DNA of 64,000 nucleotides from TPA_inf: Saccharomyces (taxonomy: Eukaryota). The stretch covers positions 288,001-352,000 of the forward strand of contig BK006946.2 in assembly GCA_000146045.2 (NCBI GenBank), written 5' to 3'. The notes under the pieces are model-generated. The model saw only the letters and a program-made list of their open reading frames with translations, searched no databases and was not told where the DNA came from. Position 1 is the stretch's first letter. Every line of letters starts with the position of its first letter. The translations under genes were made by a program, and so were the position numbers. This document shows, one piece after another, positions 10,868 through 22,207 of this stretch.

Positions 10868-12427
10868 ATGCCTTCCGAATCATCCGTCTCTATCTACAAG
10901 CTTGATCAGTTGGAGTATCAGTACCATTATTTGACAAAATCATTACAGAAGTTTGAACCAAGATATCCAAAAACTGCCAAATTATACAATTGTATAGGTA
11001 AAAAGAACAAAAAGAAAATTGAAAAACTGTTAAACTCTTTAGAGTTGAAAACTTTGGACAAAGAACTAGATGAAAGTTACTCAAAGTTACTCAATAATAA
11101 GATTCACTATTACGAGACGCATTTATCAAAATGTATAAAAGAACAAATTCAGAAAATATCCAAAAAAAATTCTAGTAAAGTGAAGGATGCTCAAAAAAAT
11201 AAATCACCCTCTATAGATATTGAAAAGATGCTTGCTACGCAGTTGTCATTAGATGATTTAGCACTCTTCATGACAAGATTTAGGCTGATCAAAATCTTAC
11301 ACCAGAGGATCAAACAAAAAAGCAAAAAGATTGAAGGTGATACGAATAATAAAACTTGGTTGAATAACAATGATTATAGTGGTTATATCAATGATAAGAC
11401 AAGTAAGTGGAACCCAAGCAATATATGGAATGAAGTTATTACGAAGCTGCCAAGTTGTGAAAAGTTAAACGCACTAATTGGTCAAAGTAAAATCGTTCAA
11501 AATCTAACCGAATCATTCGATTTGAGTATTTGTCTCATATTTGGATTTGATGTAAGCGCTATGAAAGCAAAGAAGTATGGAGCAAGGGAGAAGACGGCCA
11601 ATGCTAATCAGACGCACTCCAACATTGACTATGACACCGATGACGGCAATGAAAAGAATGCCATCGATAGCAAATCTAATGCGATCGGCGCACAAACTCA
11701 AAGCAATAAAGAAACAACGTCCGACAATGAGGATCTATTGATAAAGGAATACGAGGGAATGCTAGGCAGTTCAGGAGATGAAGGGGAAGGCGGCGGATAC
11801 TTGAACCCTAATATCAATTACAATGAAGTAACAGATGAAGAACCTAGCGAAGCGTCATCCGATGAGGATGACAGTGACGAACGCTTCAGCGACTCTGAAG
11901 AGAATGAACCAAGGAGAAAAAAACCAAAATTGCATAATTTACCTGAACTAATGGCTGGTTATTACAGTGGAAATGACACTGAAGAGGAAAGCGATGAAGA
12001 CAACAAAAATGTTAAGGGAAAGAAGAAAAAGAGAGACACAGCAGAAGACCGTACGGCCAGAGAGCAGATGTCAAACGAGCCAAAGAGGAAAAACAGACGT
12101 GGGCAAAGGGCAAGAAGAAAGATTTGGGAAAAAAAATACGGCTCACAAGCCAAGCACGTTCAAAGGGAATTGGAAAAGGAAATGGAAGATAGAAAGCAGA
12201 GGCAAATCGAGTACGAAGCAAGAGTAGCTAAGCGTGAAGCTAAAGCAGCATCATTAGAGGCCTCTAGGAGTAGGGAACGCGAAGACAGACGTACTGAAAC
12301 GAACAATAAGAAAGAAAAAGAAAGTGCATCCACTGGAGAAGAACATCCTTCTTGGATTGCAAAAAGATTAGCTGAAGAAAAATTACAAAAAGCTAAATTT
12401 GAAGGTAAGAAGATCAAATTTGATTGA
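10868..12427 (+). CDS. BUD22: Nucleolar 40S biogenesis / bud-site selection protein, 519 aa
   Basis: 519-aa ORF with an acidic Ser/Asp/Glu tract and a Lys/Arg-rich C-terminal coiled region, typical of a nucleolar factor. Correct position. Confidence 0.85.
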   Translation: MPSESSVSIYKLDQLEYQYHYLTKSLQKFEPRYPKTAKLYNCIGKKNKKKIEKLLNSLELKTLDKELDESYSKLLNNKIHYYETHLSKCIKEQIQKISKKNSSKVKDAQKNKSPSIDIEKMLATQLSLDDLALFMTRFRLIKILHQRIKQKSKKIEGDTNNKTWLNNNDYSGYINDKTSKWNPSNIWNEVITKLPSCEKLNALIGQSKIVQNLTESFDLSICLIFGFDVSAMKAKKYGAREKTANANQTHSNIDYDTDDGNEKNAIDSKSNAIGAQTQSNKETTSDNEDLLIKEYEGMLGSSGDEGEGGGYLNPNINYNEVTDEEPSEASSDEDDSDERFSDSEENEPRRKKPKLHNLPELMAGYYSGNDTEEESDEDNKNVKGKKKKRDTAEDRTAREQMSNEPKRKNRRGQRARRKIWEKKYGSQAKHVQRELEKEMEDRKQRQIEYEARVAKREAKAASLEASRSREREDRRTETNNKKEKESASTGEEHPSWIAKRLAEEKLQKAKFEGKKIKFD

Positions 12428-12868
12428 ACATAACGTCTTCATCTCCTAACTTCATGTATAATAAAAACTATTAGCACATCTATTTTATATATGTACGCGT
12501 ATATCTTACATCGTACCGTTATAGCATTTGAATTATTGAGCTTTTGTATCATCTACCGCTGTCATGCTCGCCTTCACGGAACTTAGTTATGCGAAAAAGA
12601 ATTCAGGAAACCAAAGCTGGCAGGGTGAGTATTTGTTTGTAAAGTCGCACCTTTAGCAGATCATTAGCTGTAGCGTATGGAAGAAAACTAAATGAAATTG
12701 TTTATAAAACCTGAATATGATAAAAGAAATCTAAATAATAAATATGATTGCTATATAATAGTTATATTTGAAATGAAGAGAAAGGGAAGAAAATAAAAGT
12801 ATTCAAAACGCCAACCCTTAATGAAGTAAATATGATTTATTGTCTGGACAAAGTTCTGTTTTTCCCCA

Positions 12869-14485
12869 TTATTCGAAGACTTCTCCAGTAATTGGGTCTC
12901 TCTTTTTGAAAGTCAGTAACAAATCATCTTTTGGGAAAATTGTAGCGAAAACCTTGATTTTTTCACTTAATGGAGTCACTGTATGATGGAAATCAGTATA
13001 TAGTGCAAATTTACCCAACAAAGCGGCGAAGGTAATCATGACATATGTTTGACCTAAGCAAACGTGTGGACCACAACCAAAAACCAACCAATTCTTCTTT
13101 GCTTCACTAGCCTTAGAGCCTTCTACCCATCTTTCAGGGATGAACTCATCAGGATTTTCGTAAACTTCAGGATCATGTAAAGCTGGGTATAAGGTTGGAA
13201 TTAACATAGCGCCCTTTGGTGCGGTATAGTTAGGGGAAACTGGGAAATTCTTCTTAACAACATATGGAACCATCAAGACAGGAGGTCTGTAACGCAAAGT
13301 TTCTTTTATGACCATATTGGTGTACTTCATTTTCTCAATCAAATCCAAGTTCAATTCGGTAGACATGTCATTGTTACGAACAGCCAATTGTTCTTCTCTG
13401 ATCTTAGCTAAGACATCTGGACGGTCAGCAACAATTTGGAACAACCAACAAGCTAAAGAAGAAGAGGCATCTTGAGAAGCAAATAAGAAAGTGAAAACAG
13501 CTTCGGAGATTTCCTTGTTAGTAAACTCTCTGTGGTAGATTCTAGAATCATCATCGTTACTATTCTTTGCATCGTGCATCAACTTACACCAAGCATCCAT
13601 AACACAAACTGGCTTACCACCTGCAGCAATATGATCCTTAGCCATTTGAGCACAGTTTTCGAAAATCTTCATGGCCATGTCTGCAGTTTTCTTACCATAC
13701 CATGTTTTAGTGTAAGGGATAATAATTGGGAAGTTGACTAATTCCAATGCTGCTGTAACCAAATAGTAATCATCAGCAATCTTTCTGACTTGATCTTCGG
13801 TAATATAGTTACCACAGAAAGAGTTCAATGATAAGGCGCAAAGAATTTCTCTCATTTCATGGAAAAAGACCTGGGGCTCGTAGTTATTCTCCTTAGATAA
13901 ACGAACAAACTTATCCATGTACTTATCCATGATTTGTTCCAATGAAGGTAAGTATTGAGCCAAAGCTTGTTTAGTGAAAAGACCGTTTAATGATTTTCTG
14001 TAATCAGTATGAGCTTTACCGTCCAAAAAAACCCAATTGCAAGGTCTTAAGATCTTCACAGCAACATCGACAACGCAAGGTTTGACGAATTTGGAAGATT
14101 GCAAGATCTTTCTTGCCAAGTCTCTAGTAGATGCGATAACAACAAATTTATGGAAAATAGAAACACATGAAAGTGGACCGGATGCCCACTTAGCCTTATA
14201 TTCTTCAAACTTTGGATCTAAGGATTCCAAAAATGGACCGATGATGGGCCAGAACTTAAACTTTGGACCTGCGATGGAACCTTTCTTGATTTGATATGCA
14301 ACTTGGTCCCAAACCAAAAGAATACAGATTAAAGTAGCAAATATTTTCAAATATGACATAGACTTAAGTGTATCCAGGATACTGAAGGCAGTAGTGACGC
14401 CTACAGAGGGCTGGTCTTTAGCCAATTGGTGTAGCGTAGAATTATGAGTGGCATGTTGTATTATATTTTCTGCGACAGAACTCAT
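12869..14485 (-). CDS. ERG5: Cytochrome P450 sterol C-22 desaturase, 538 aa
   Basis: P450 heme-binding loop FGCGPHVCLG near the C-terminus and an N-terminal membrane anchor. 538 aa. Confidence 0.92.
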   Translation of the reverse strand: MSSVAENIIQHATHNSTLHQLAKDQPSVGVTTAFSILDTLKSMSYLKIFATLICILLVWDQVAYQIKKGSIAGPKFKFWPIIGPFLESLDPKFEEYKAKWASGPLSCVSIFHKFVVIASTRDLARKILQSSKFVKPCVVDVAVKILRPCNWVFLDGKAHTDYRKSLNGLFTKQALAQYLPSLEQIMDKYMDKFVRLSKENNYEPQVFFHEMREILCALSLNSFCGNYITEDQVRKIADDYYLVTAALELVNFPIIIPYTKTWYGKKTADMAMKIFENCAQMAKDHIAAGGKPVCVMDAWCKLMHDAKNSNDDDSRIYHREFTNKEISEAVFTFLFASQDASSSLACWLFQIVADRPDVLAKIREEQLAVRNNDMSTELNLDLIEKMKYTNMVIKETLRYRPPVLMVPYVVKKNFPVSPNYTAPKGAMLIPTLYPALHDPEVYENPDEFIPERWVEGSKASEAKKNWLVFGCGPHVCLGQTYVMITFAALLGKFALYTDFHHTVTPLSEKIKVFATIFPKDDLLLTFKKRDPITGEVFE

Positions 14486-14941
14486 TTTGTTAAAAGGTAT
14501 TTATTGTCTATTGGAATAGCAAAATGTGATGTTTTGTTTATTGTGATAAAAATTAAGGAAACAATATAACAAGAAAGAAATGAGTAAGAATAAGATATTT
14601 GGAACAATAGACAATTAGCTTATATATAATTTTTTTCTTCCAACAAGATTCCCTGCTTGCGTATATAAACCAATCAGTCCCTTTGCCTGAAGACAATAAG
14701 GACGATCTTTTACAACCGATTCGATAAAAAATCTTTTCAAAACCGAAACATGAGCTCTCTTCAATAGCGATATAAACACCGGCAGCATATAGACGCAGGT
14801 TTGGGCTATGTTTTGTCAGCAGCGATAAAAGGTACGAGACTTCGCAGACTTAAACGAGGGAAACCTTCTCGAGAACTATGGTAACAAATATTACCCGCCC
14901 CGGAAATTGCGGAACAAATACACTGTCTCTTTACGAGTTTC

Positions 14942-14948
14942 TCGTTTA
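14942..14948. promoter_or_regulatory. Sterol-response-element-like motif (TCGTTTA) in the ERG5 upstream region
   Basis: Resembles the Upc2/Ecm22 SRE and AR1 core (TCGTATA / TCGTTYAG). About 460 bp upstream of the ERG5 ATG. Confidence 0.3.
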
Positions 14949-15235
14949 AAAAATCCAGGGGTGTGGGGTGTGGGCGCCCATATGCGCGAACGAGCAGCTG
15001 CTTGTGATGTTTTCCGGGGAACCTCCCACGTTCACAACCGCGCCGCGGAAATAACGAAGTTTTTACGTGTAAAGAGATTACGTCAAAGGAAAGAAGTGTT
15101 CAATGTGTCTATCTTATAGGCGTGATAGATGTCATTTATAACATGAGTCCACCTCATGCATAACGTATGTACATATATGTGGGCGGTAGGGTTTTGATTA
15201 AAGTAACATAATTATCCAAGGAATTCATAGTTGTT

Positions 15236-17593
15236 CTATTTTTCTTGTTTTTTTGTATCATCAGCAGCAATTTCTTCGTTGGAGACATCGCCAGCTCCAT
15301 CAACTTGTGATTTGGATGACTCTGACTCCTTGACAGGTTCTGCTTCACTAGGTTCGTTCGGTTGTGTTGCTTCATCGCTTGTACTTGTTTTTATTTTGTC
15401 AGTATCCGTCGAAGTCAATGCGGAGATTGGTAATTGACTAGATCGTGGCTCCTTTAATGTTTGATTATCTGGTACAGTATTCCCACTGTCTGCTTCCTTA
15501 GACCATTTGGAATGTGATGCCGATTCAGATTCCACTCTTGGAAGGGTGATTCCTGTATGGATACTTCCCACATTTGATTCAGATGATTGATTTGTGTTTG
15601 TTGTAGTTGGAGAAGGTGTCAAAGGCTTTGAATCTGCAGGTGTAATGCCTAATGTACTTGCCGAATTCATTGTGGCGTTGCGTGGATACGATAAGGGTGA
15701 AGCTATGTTGCCCATCAGTTGTTGTTTCATCGGCATTGTTGCCGAAAGGGTCTGTAGGTTAGTTATAGTATGTCCTTCTAGTTGGTTAGAGTTAGGCATT
15801 GTGCATTTTTTCAAGGGCTTTTCACCCGCAGCGATTGTACTTACAGCTGGTATAGAATTATTGGGTATAATTTTGTTGTTCAAATTCATTGAGGAGTATG
15901 TCAGCTGAGCAGCAGATATATTTGAAGGACCATTAGGATTTTGATAGTTGTTAATAGGTTGATAATAGGTACGCGGACTGATGGATTTAATACCAGTGCT
16001 ACTGCTACTACTACTGCTATCATTGCTTGGATTATTTTGTTTCAATACGCTCTGAATATCCCTGATGAACAAGGGATAAAGATAGTCAGCAATTTTTTCT
16101 CTTTGTGCTATTGCTAGGGCACGCTCAAACGGTATCCAGACACCCTTCAAATGCATGGAACCAATCTTCACCACATGCCTGATTTTTTCCGCTTTTAGAA
16201 TACCATCTCTTCTACCTCTTGTCATCTTAGTTACATTCAGAAGTTTGGTACCATTAACCATATCATTATCTGCTCTTCTTACCACTGAAATACCGTTAGC
16301 TTCTACCTGATAACATAGCGTTTTTTCATCCTCCCACATTGTTGTTGTTACTCTTGGCCTTATTATACTTGCCGAAGTGCCGCTGGTGTTACTGCCTGTG
16401 GCATTGGTAGTGGCGATTAAGGGCATCGGGTGCCTTATGGTAGTTGTTTGGAAAGAATTCATGGTTTTAGCCATTGAGTCATACTGTTGATCTGACACTC
16501 CGTGCCTATTTGCAGTTAAATAAGTTTCTTGATCAGTAGAGGGTTTAACTGGTGGAGTTATAGAATTTCCATCATACAACGGGCTCACCTGTTGTTGTTG
16601 CTGAGGCGGTAGCAAACCCACTTGCGGAAGATTGTAGCTTAAAGGTCCATTTTGGCTGGTTGGACCTTGAGTTGGCGTTGTTAATGATCTTGGAGGAATT
16701 GGAGAATGCGAGTTTGGAATTGACGAAGTCTTGTGAAAACCGGGGTATTGGTAGGTGGAAGGTTGTGGATAGTTTGACATTGGAGGCTGCTGAGCTAAGG
16801 ACGAGATACTATTACTATTGCGACTAGTGCGATTAGAATTGGGAGACATAGAGCCACTGGACGAATCAGAAGGTGGTCCAGATTTACTGAACTTTGAAAA
16901 TGCATTACCTATCTTTGGTGGTTGGGCCGGATACGTTTGAGCTTGTAATTGTTGTTGCTGCTGGTGTTGTTGCTGTTGTTCAAAGGTTGAGTAGGTTTTT
17001 TCCAAATTGGGGTTTTGGACTTGATTACTGGTTACAGATGGTGTTGCACCGTTAGTGGTTCCATCGCCGTTTGCAGGATAATAATAATACGCTTGTGGAT
17101 ACGAATATGCCATTGATTGTTGGGCTTGCATTTGGGGAAAATAATAGTAGTATGGTACATTGTTACTGATATTAGTACTGTTATTGCTTTTTTTGGTGGT
17201 GATTGCAGAACCATTCGGTAACGCAGTTGCAGTAGCGTTGGAAGGAACACCTACAGACGTGGAAGGTGGATTGGAAGCATTTGAGTCAGAACCGCTACTC
17301 TGAAAGGATTCTTGAACTTGATACATCTGAGGCTGGGATTGCAGTTGCTGTTGAGACTGGGATTGCGGCTGCTGATAATATTGCGGGTACGGCCACTGTT
17401 CAGGAACTACGTATTGGTAGGATACGGGCATCAGAGGTTGAACGCTCTGGCCGAGATATTGTTGTTGTTGCTGCTGCTGTTGGGTGGACTGGCCAATAGT
17501 ACTTTCGCTATTGCTCACGGCACTCATATTTGATTCCTGGCGCATGCGGTTGGACTTGATATCATTCGTATTGATTGGGTTACCGATGGGCAT
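15236..17593 (-). CDS. SOK2: APSES-family transcription factor, PKA-pathway regulator, 785 aa
   Basis: APSES/KilA-N DNA-binding domain ([36 protein letters not shown]...[14 protein letters not shown]). Long Gln-rich tracts. 785 aa. Confidence 0.92.
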   Translation of the reverse strand: MPIGNPINTNDIKSNRMRQESNMSAVSNSESTIGQSTQQQQQQQQYLGQSVQPLMPVSYQYVVPEQWPYPQYYQQPQSQSQQQLQSQPQMYQVQESFQSSGSDSNASNPPSTSVGVPSNATATALPNGSAITTKKSNNSTNISNNVPYYYYFPQMQAQQSMAYSYPQAYYYYPANGDGTTNGATPSVTSNQVQNPNLEKTYSTFEQQQQHQQQQQLQAQTYPAQPPKIGNAFSKFSKSGPPSDSSSGSMSPNSNRTSRNSNSISSLAQQPPMSNYPQPSTYQYPGFHKTSSIPNSHSPIPPRSLTTPTQGPTSQNGPLSYNLPQVGLLPPQQQQQVSPLYDGNSITPPVKPSTDQETYLTANRHGVSDQQYDSMAKTMNSFQTTTIRHPMPLIATTNATGSNTSGTSASIIRPRVTTTMWEDEKTLCYQVEANGISVVRRADNDMVNGTKLLNVTKMTRGRRDGILKAEKIRHVVKIGSMHLKGVWIPFERALAIAQREKIADYLYPLFIRDIQSVLKQNNPSNDSSSSSSSTGIKSISPRTYYQPINNYQNPNGPSNISAAQLTYSSMNLNNKIIPNNSIPAVSTIAAGEKPLKKCTMPNSNQLEGHTITNLQTLSATMPMKQQLMGNIASPLSYPRNATMNSASTLGITPADSKPLTPSPTTTNTNQSSESNVGSIHTGITLPRVESESASHSKWSKEADSGNTVPDNQTLKEPRSSQLPISALTSTDTDKIKTSTSDEATQPNEPSEAEPVKESESSKSQVDGAGDVSNEEIAADDTKKQEK
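16951..16980. repeat. CAA/CAG trinucleotide repeat (poly-Gln) within the SOK2 coding sequence
   Basis: gttgttgctgctggtgttgttgctgttgtt on the + strand encodes a [10 protein letters not shown] tract on the - strand. A second tract lies at 17461-17484. Confidence 0.85.
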
Positions 17594-19150
17594 GACAAAA
17601 GGACCTTACCAGGGTTATATAAGGATGATTTTGTACTGTGCTTAACAAATCCACTTTCAATTTCTGAAAACAAAGATCAAAAAGGTTTTTTTTTTTTATA
17701 CAATTGTGAAGTATGTTTAATGAAAACAGCACAAAATGATATCTCTCTGCTTGCAATATAAAAAGCTATGGAAAAGGATTATCAACTATACTAGAAGGCT
17801 TACACACGCACAGGCACACACAACTAATGCAAAAGATAGTGGGGAAAAACTTCAAAAACTAACAAAAAGAAGTGTTAAAGATGAACTTTTTTCTTTTGTA
17901 TCGTCGGCTTGCCACATTCGATAAGTTAATAAAACACAAACGGGCAACACATCTACGTACTTTTTATGTGAAGACAAGAGAAAGAATACATCACTGATAC
18001 GTGCGTCTATTGCGCAGCACTGTACTATTGCGAAGAACTGAGTGAAGGCAAAGAATGAGATGATCGATGCTTAGCCGACTGTTAAACTTACTGAGCGGTA
18101 GCCTCTACTAGTTCCTTAGTCAGATCGCACTCAACTTGGAATGTTCCGTCAGGCCCACGGAAGAAAAAGCAACAAAAGAAAGAAAAACCGGACAACATGC
18201 GGGAAAAATGCAAACTGTGTGAGGGAAAAATTAACTTTAAAGATTACATCAACGGCGGGAAAAGATCCTTCCGCAGTCCTTCTACTGCGGTTTCCCTGCA
18301 GGCACAGCTAACCGGAGGGAAGACAAGTCAAGCGGACATGCAGTTCCCGCTCAGGCTTCTTTGCAGAGAAATCGGAATATGAATTTTTTGTGTTTTTTGT
18401 TAACTTCTTTACCATTCGCATCACGGGAAGAGTGTGTTGGCATAAGAGGCGCAAGAAAAAGGTGACCCACGGTGGTGGGAAAGAGAAGAAAAAGCCGTTT
18501 GCGGAAAGCAATGTTTTGCCCATTCAGAAACAATATCTTTGCTGTATCCCTACATGTATTATGCCGCGTTGCTTGTGCAGGTACGGAGTCCCTGCACGAT
18601 TTTTCAACAAGGTCTAGATTTGCTAAGACGATGAGGCGGAGCCCGAAACAAACAAGCCAAAAACCGGAATTTCGCGCTTGGTGTGCTTTCGCATCTTTTC
18701 GTGTGGTGAATGCACCTGGTGCACGCTGCGAAGGTGACGTAGCAATCCAAAAAAGGGAAGTCTAGGCGCTTTCAACCGCCCCCCACCGTGCATGCGGATT
18801 GGTTGTCACAATTCGCAGACATATTGGCAATGTTTCCTCCCCTCCTGTTGATGCGGGTAAGGGGTGTCTGTTATGCAGGAACAGGAAGGTAAAAATTAAA
18901 TGGGCCTTAATTCTGTAGACACTCTCTTGGGGTAATAAGGTTAAAAGCCATTGTTGAAGTACGGAATCATCTCTTCATTTTTTCAGCGCTTGTAAGGAAT
19001 TAATCCCCAGGAAGGTGCCGATGTAATGAGAGAAGTATTCTTGTTGTATCTCTTTGGTTCGGAGTATTTCCTTCTTTCTTTTCTTTGTAGTTTTTATGCA
19101 AATGCAGGGAACAGAGTACCCGGTTAAGGCTGTTAGTCAGCCGCACTCTA

Positions 19151-19157
19151 CACAAAA
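19151..19157 (+). promoter_or_regulatory. Middle sporulation element core (CACAAAA) upstream of SPO20
   Basis: tACACAAAAt approximates the Ndt80 MSE consensus gNCRCAAAW. It lies about 335 bp upstream of the SPO20 ATG, a middle-sporulation gene. Confidence 0.4.
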
Positions 19158-19488
19158 TTACTTGGCAAACACGTTGGTTGGGAAAAGCTTTATACTTGGC
19201 GGTGTAGTAATTGTAAAGGATCAAGATTGTGTCATGCTAATGTGCCGCTGTGTAACAACCTTTTTGAAGCGCGTATTTACCACCGGCAAAAGGCCATTGT
19301 GTCACATAAAAAAAAACTCCCGCCAAAGCCAGGTTCATTTTGCATAAGATTCACCACAGTACGGAAAATACGATAAGTTAACCAGTAATTTGCTCGCTTT
19401 AGCTACTGATAAACCTTCTCTGTTAACACTATTATTTTTTTATTACTTTAGATTTTTCCGTTTGTGAATAGCCATTTTTAGATATATA

Positions 19489-20682
19489 ATGGGGTTCAGA
19501 AAAATACTTGCTAGCAAATCGCATCACAGTCGCCACCATAATCAGCACCATAAGAACCTGAAGTTGCAAAATCATCGCTATGTACTTATTTCCAATATTA
19601 CAGGATCCCATGAAACAAAATATTTATCACCCTTCAGGATGGACAATTGTTCAGGAAGCAGAAGACGTGATAGGCTACATGTGAAGCTTAAATCCTTGAG
19701 GAATAAAATCCACAAACAACTTCACCCAAACTGTCGGTTCGATGACGCCACTAAGACTAGTGATGATAAATGCGTCTCTTATGAGGTGCCCGAAAGGGAT
19801 GGCCTTGCTACTATTTCGTTAGAAGAGGTTTTTCCAAAGTCCAACAGGTGCCAAATACCTGAAGAAAACTTGGGAGAAACAGATAGCGTTATTCACAGAG
19901 ATTTGGGAAATTTTGCAAATGAGAATGACTATCCACAGTGGAGAAAAGTTGAAAGTCAATATAACTTAGAGAATGTCCAGCCTGAGGAGGATGAAATAGT
20001 TGATAGACTCAGGTCCGAGATTAGAAGCACTAAATTAAAATCTGTAAAAACGACAAGCAGAACACTTGAAAAAGCTATAGAGGCTCGATGTACTGGAAAG
20101 AGAGTTCTTCAACAACTAAGTTGTCAGAGCAACCAACTCACCAAGATCGAGAGCAATTGTGACATGCTTAAAATTCAATCTAACGTAGCCGACCGAAAGA
20201 TTGACGAACTTGCCCATGAAAATAGAAGCCTGCTTGCATTAAAATCACCCAACCCCTTCAGGAAGAAAAGGGAGAGAGAAAAGCGAGACCAGATCTACAA
20301 TTTGAAGTTAAAGCATCGTCACTTACAGCAAGAAACTATGAAAAGAGCCCAAGATTCTGACAAAAATTTAGCCATAAATCTAAGTTCTGAATATGGACGG
20401 TATGGCCAAGGGGTGGAAAGACAGCGTATTCTTAGAGATGCCCAGAAGTATCAGTTTGAAGCCGATGAAGAAGATAACCAAATGGAAATCGACTTGTACG
20501 GAAACCTAGAACAAATAAAAGCGGTGAGTGGTGACTTGAAAATTATGGCTCACGCTTTTGGCAGAGAGTTTGAAGCACAAAACACTAGAATGTTTGACAT
20601 CGAGAACAATGTACAGCAGGCAGATAATGCTTTACAGGCCAAGCGATATAGATTGGAGAAAGTGATCGGGAAAAGATGGTGA
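19489..20682 (+). CDS. SPO20: Sporulation-specific SNAP-25-like t-SNARE, 397 aa
   Basis: 397-aa ORF with a basic N-terminus and C-terminal SNARE helices (Qb/Qc-like heptads, ...MEIDLYGNLEQIKAVSGDLKIMAHAFGREFEAQNTRMFDIENNVQQADNALQA). Confidence 0.88.
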   Translation: MGFRKILASKSHHSRHHNQHHKNLKLQNHRYVLISNITGSHETKYLSPFRMDNCSGSRRRDRLHVKLKSLRNKIHKQLHPNCRFDDATKTSDDKCVSYEVPERDGLATISLEEVFPKSNRCQIPEENLGETDSVIHRDLGNFANENDYPQWRKVESQYNLENVQPEEDEIVDRLRSEIRSTKLKSVKTTSRTLEKAIEARCTGKRVLQQLSCQSNQLTKIESNCDMLKIQSNVADRKIDELAHENRSLLALKSPNPFRKKREREKRDQIYNLKLKHRHLQQETMKRAQDSDKNLAINLSSEYGRYGQGVERQRILRDAQKYQFEADEEDNQMEIDLYGNLEQIKAVSGDLKIMAHAFGREFEAQNTRMFDIENNVQQADNALQAKRYRLEKVIGKRW

Positions 20683-22207
20683 TCTGTTATACACACAAAA
20701 TATCGTGTATAAATATATTGAATAAATAGTTTCTAAAAAGGCATACGCAGATATTCTTGCGAAAGAGAAAAAAAAAAGAGCGAGGGGGACATTAGTACTG
20801 AAGGTCTCAATTCTTCTTTGTATTTTCTTTCGGAGTTGTCAGACAAAGCTTTCTCTTTCCCATAAATAAAGTGCATTCAAACATCGGCAGGTTTGTTTTT
20901 CCCAGTTGTTACGTATTTGTTTCCCGTTCCATTCATGATCTTAAACTGGGTTAACTGAAAAATCAACATGATTTTGTGAAAAGTAAAAGAGGGTAAGAAA
21001 GATAGATACCGCTGTCGTGGGACTATATTTTTTACAGTACCAAGTCTACTTGCTTCTCATAAAGTTGATAAGTTATAATTCATATAATTTCATTTGTCAA
21101 AAAAGATTTTAGTTACAAAACGATATCAAAGTTCAATCTTGTTGGGAAAAAGGAAAACATTATGAAGGGTTTCCGGTAATCACTGCGTATGCCACACTAT
21201 TCCTATAGAATTGTCTTGATTGGGTGCTTATGCTGCGGAAAAATTATATTCTGCGCTTGCCTTTTATATTAAGCGTCACAACGCCCTTACCAAGATCGAG
21301 CGGATTAAGACAAGAGTGTATCTCAAGCGTCCGTATATGTTTAAGTTGAAAAGGATATTTAGTAAGAATAATTCTACCCTACAAACGATATTAGTAAAAA
21401 AAAAAATCAATAATAGAGTTATTGTACAAACATGTTCTGAAAATTGGAAGCATCACATCGTATGCTACTAGAGAAAATTTTTACTATCCTTTTTTCCACA
21501 AGCCCAGCCCTAGCCCGATCATCCTATTAATTGTCAGACCACCGAATGCTATCCCGCCACGGTTGATATAACGAAACTCTTTACTGCTTTGGGTCAAATA
21601 TGCCTCTTTTCCGCATTTTTTCGGAGTAGTTCATTGCCGCATACATACCGCAACTTGGACGAGGATGTCCTCCTTCTCTTACTTTTTTATTCGTTTCCAA
21701 TTTGTTTCTCGTACCGTTCAAGTTTCAAGCCTACAAGAAATGTACACGACATGGATGCGTCAGCCTGATTCAGATATGACAAGATTGTTCCTGCGCATAT
21801 GTGAATATGAGCGCACGCAATACATTGAGATCTTATTTGGGTTTGTAAGTGCAAACTTAATTTACTTTGCTTCCTGCCGGTTTTGATGTGCACCTGGGAA
21901 CTTAAATAGCCGCCAAAAGAAAAGCAATCAGAGCGGCGCGGCGCAGACAAAACCCGAAGAGTTTCCTGGGAACGGTAGAGGCCTTGGTAGTACCTTACTA
22001 ACGCCGGAGAGGATGATTGATACGCATTGAAATCGTACAGAAAACTTGGGGCAAAGCGCTCTTACCCCAATATTCTCACCCAAACAGTGGCAATAAATAA
22101 AGAAAAGGTCATCACTTTTTTTCGTACTCTTATCCGTTTTATTTTATTTTATTCTTTTTTTTTGAGTGGAGAATCATTAAGAATAAAGGGTACCTTTTGT
22201 AAGCACG

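Noticed and set aside
18197-18765. Cluster of overlapping small ORFs in the SOK2/SPO20 intergenic GC-rich block
   Set aside because: Mutually overlapping on both strands, Arg/Lys/Cys-rich artefact of GC bias, no motifs. More likely a promoter and 5' leader.
21480-22207. Oleate response element (CGGN3TNAN9-12CCG) in the PEX9/YMR018W promoter
   Set aside because: Several CGG...CCG pairs (e.g. around 21625-21645) have the wrong spacing or lack the TNA submotif. Not supportable by eye.
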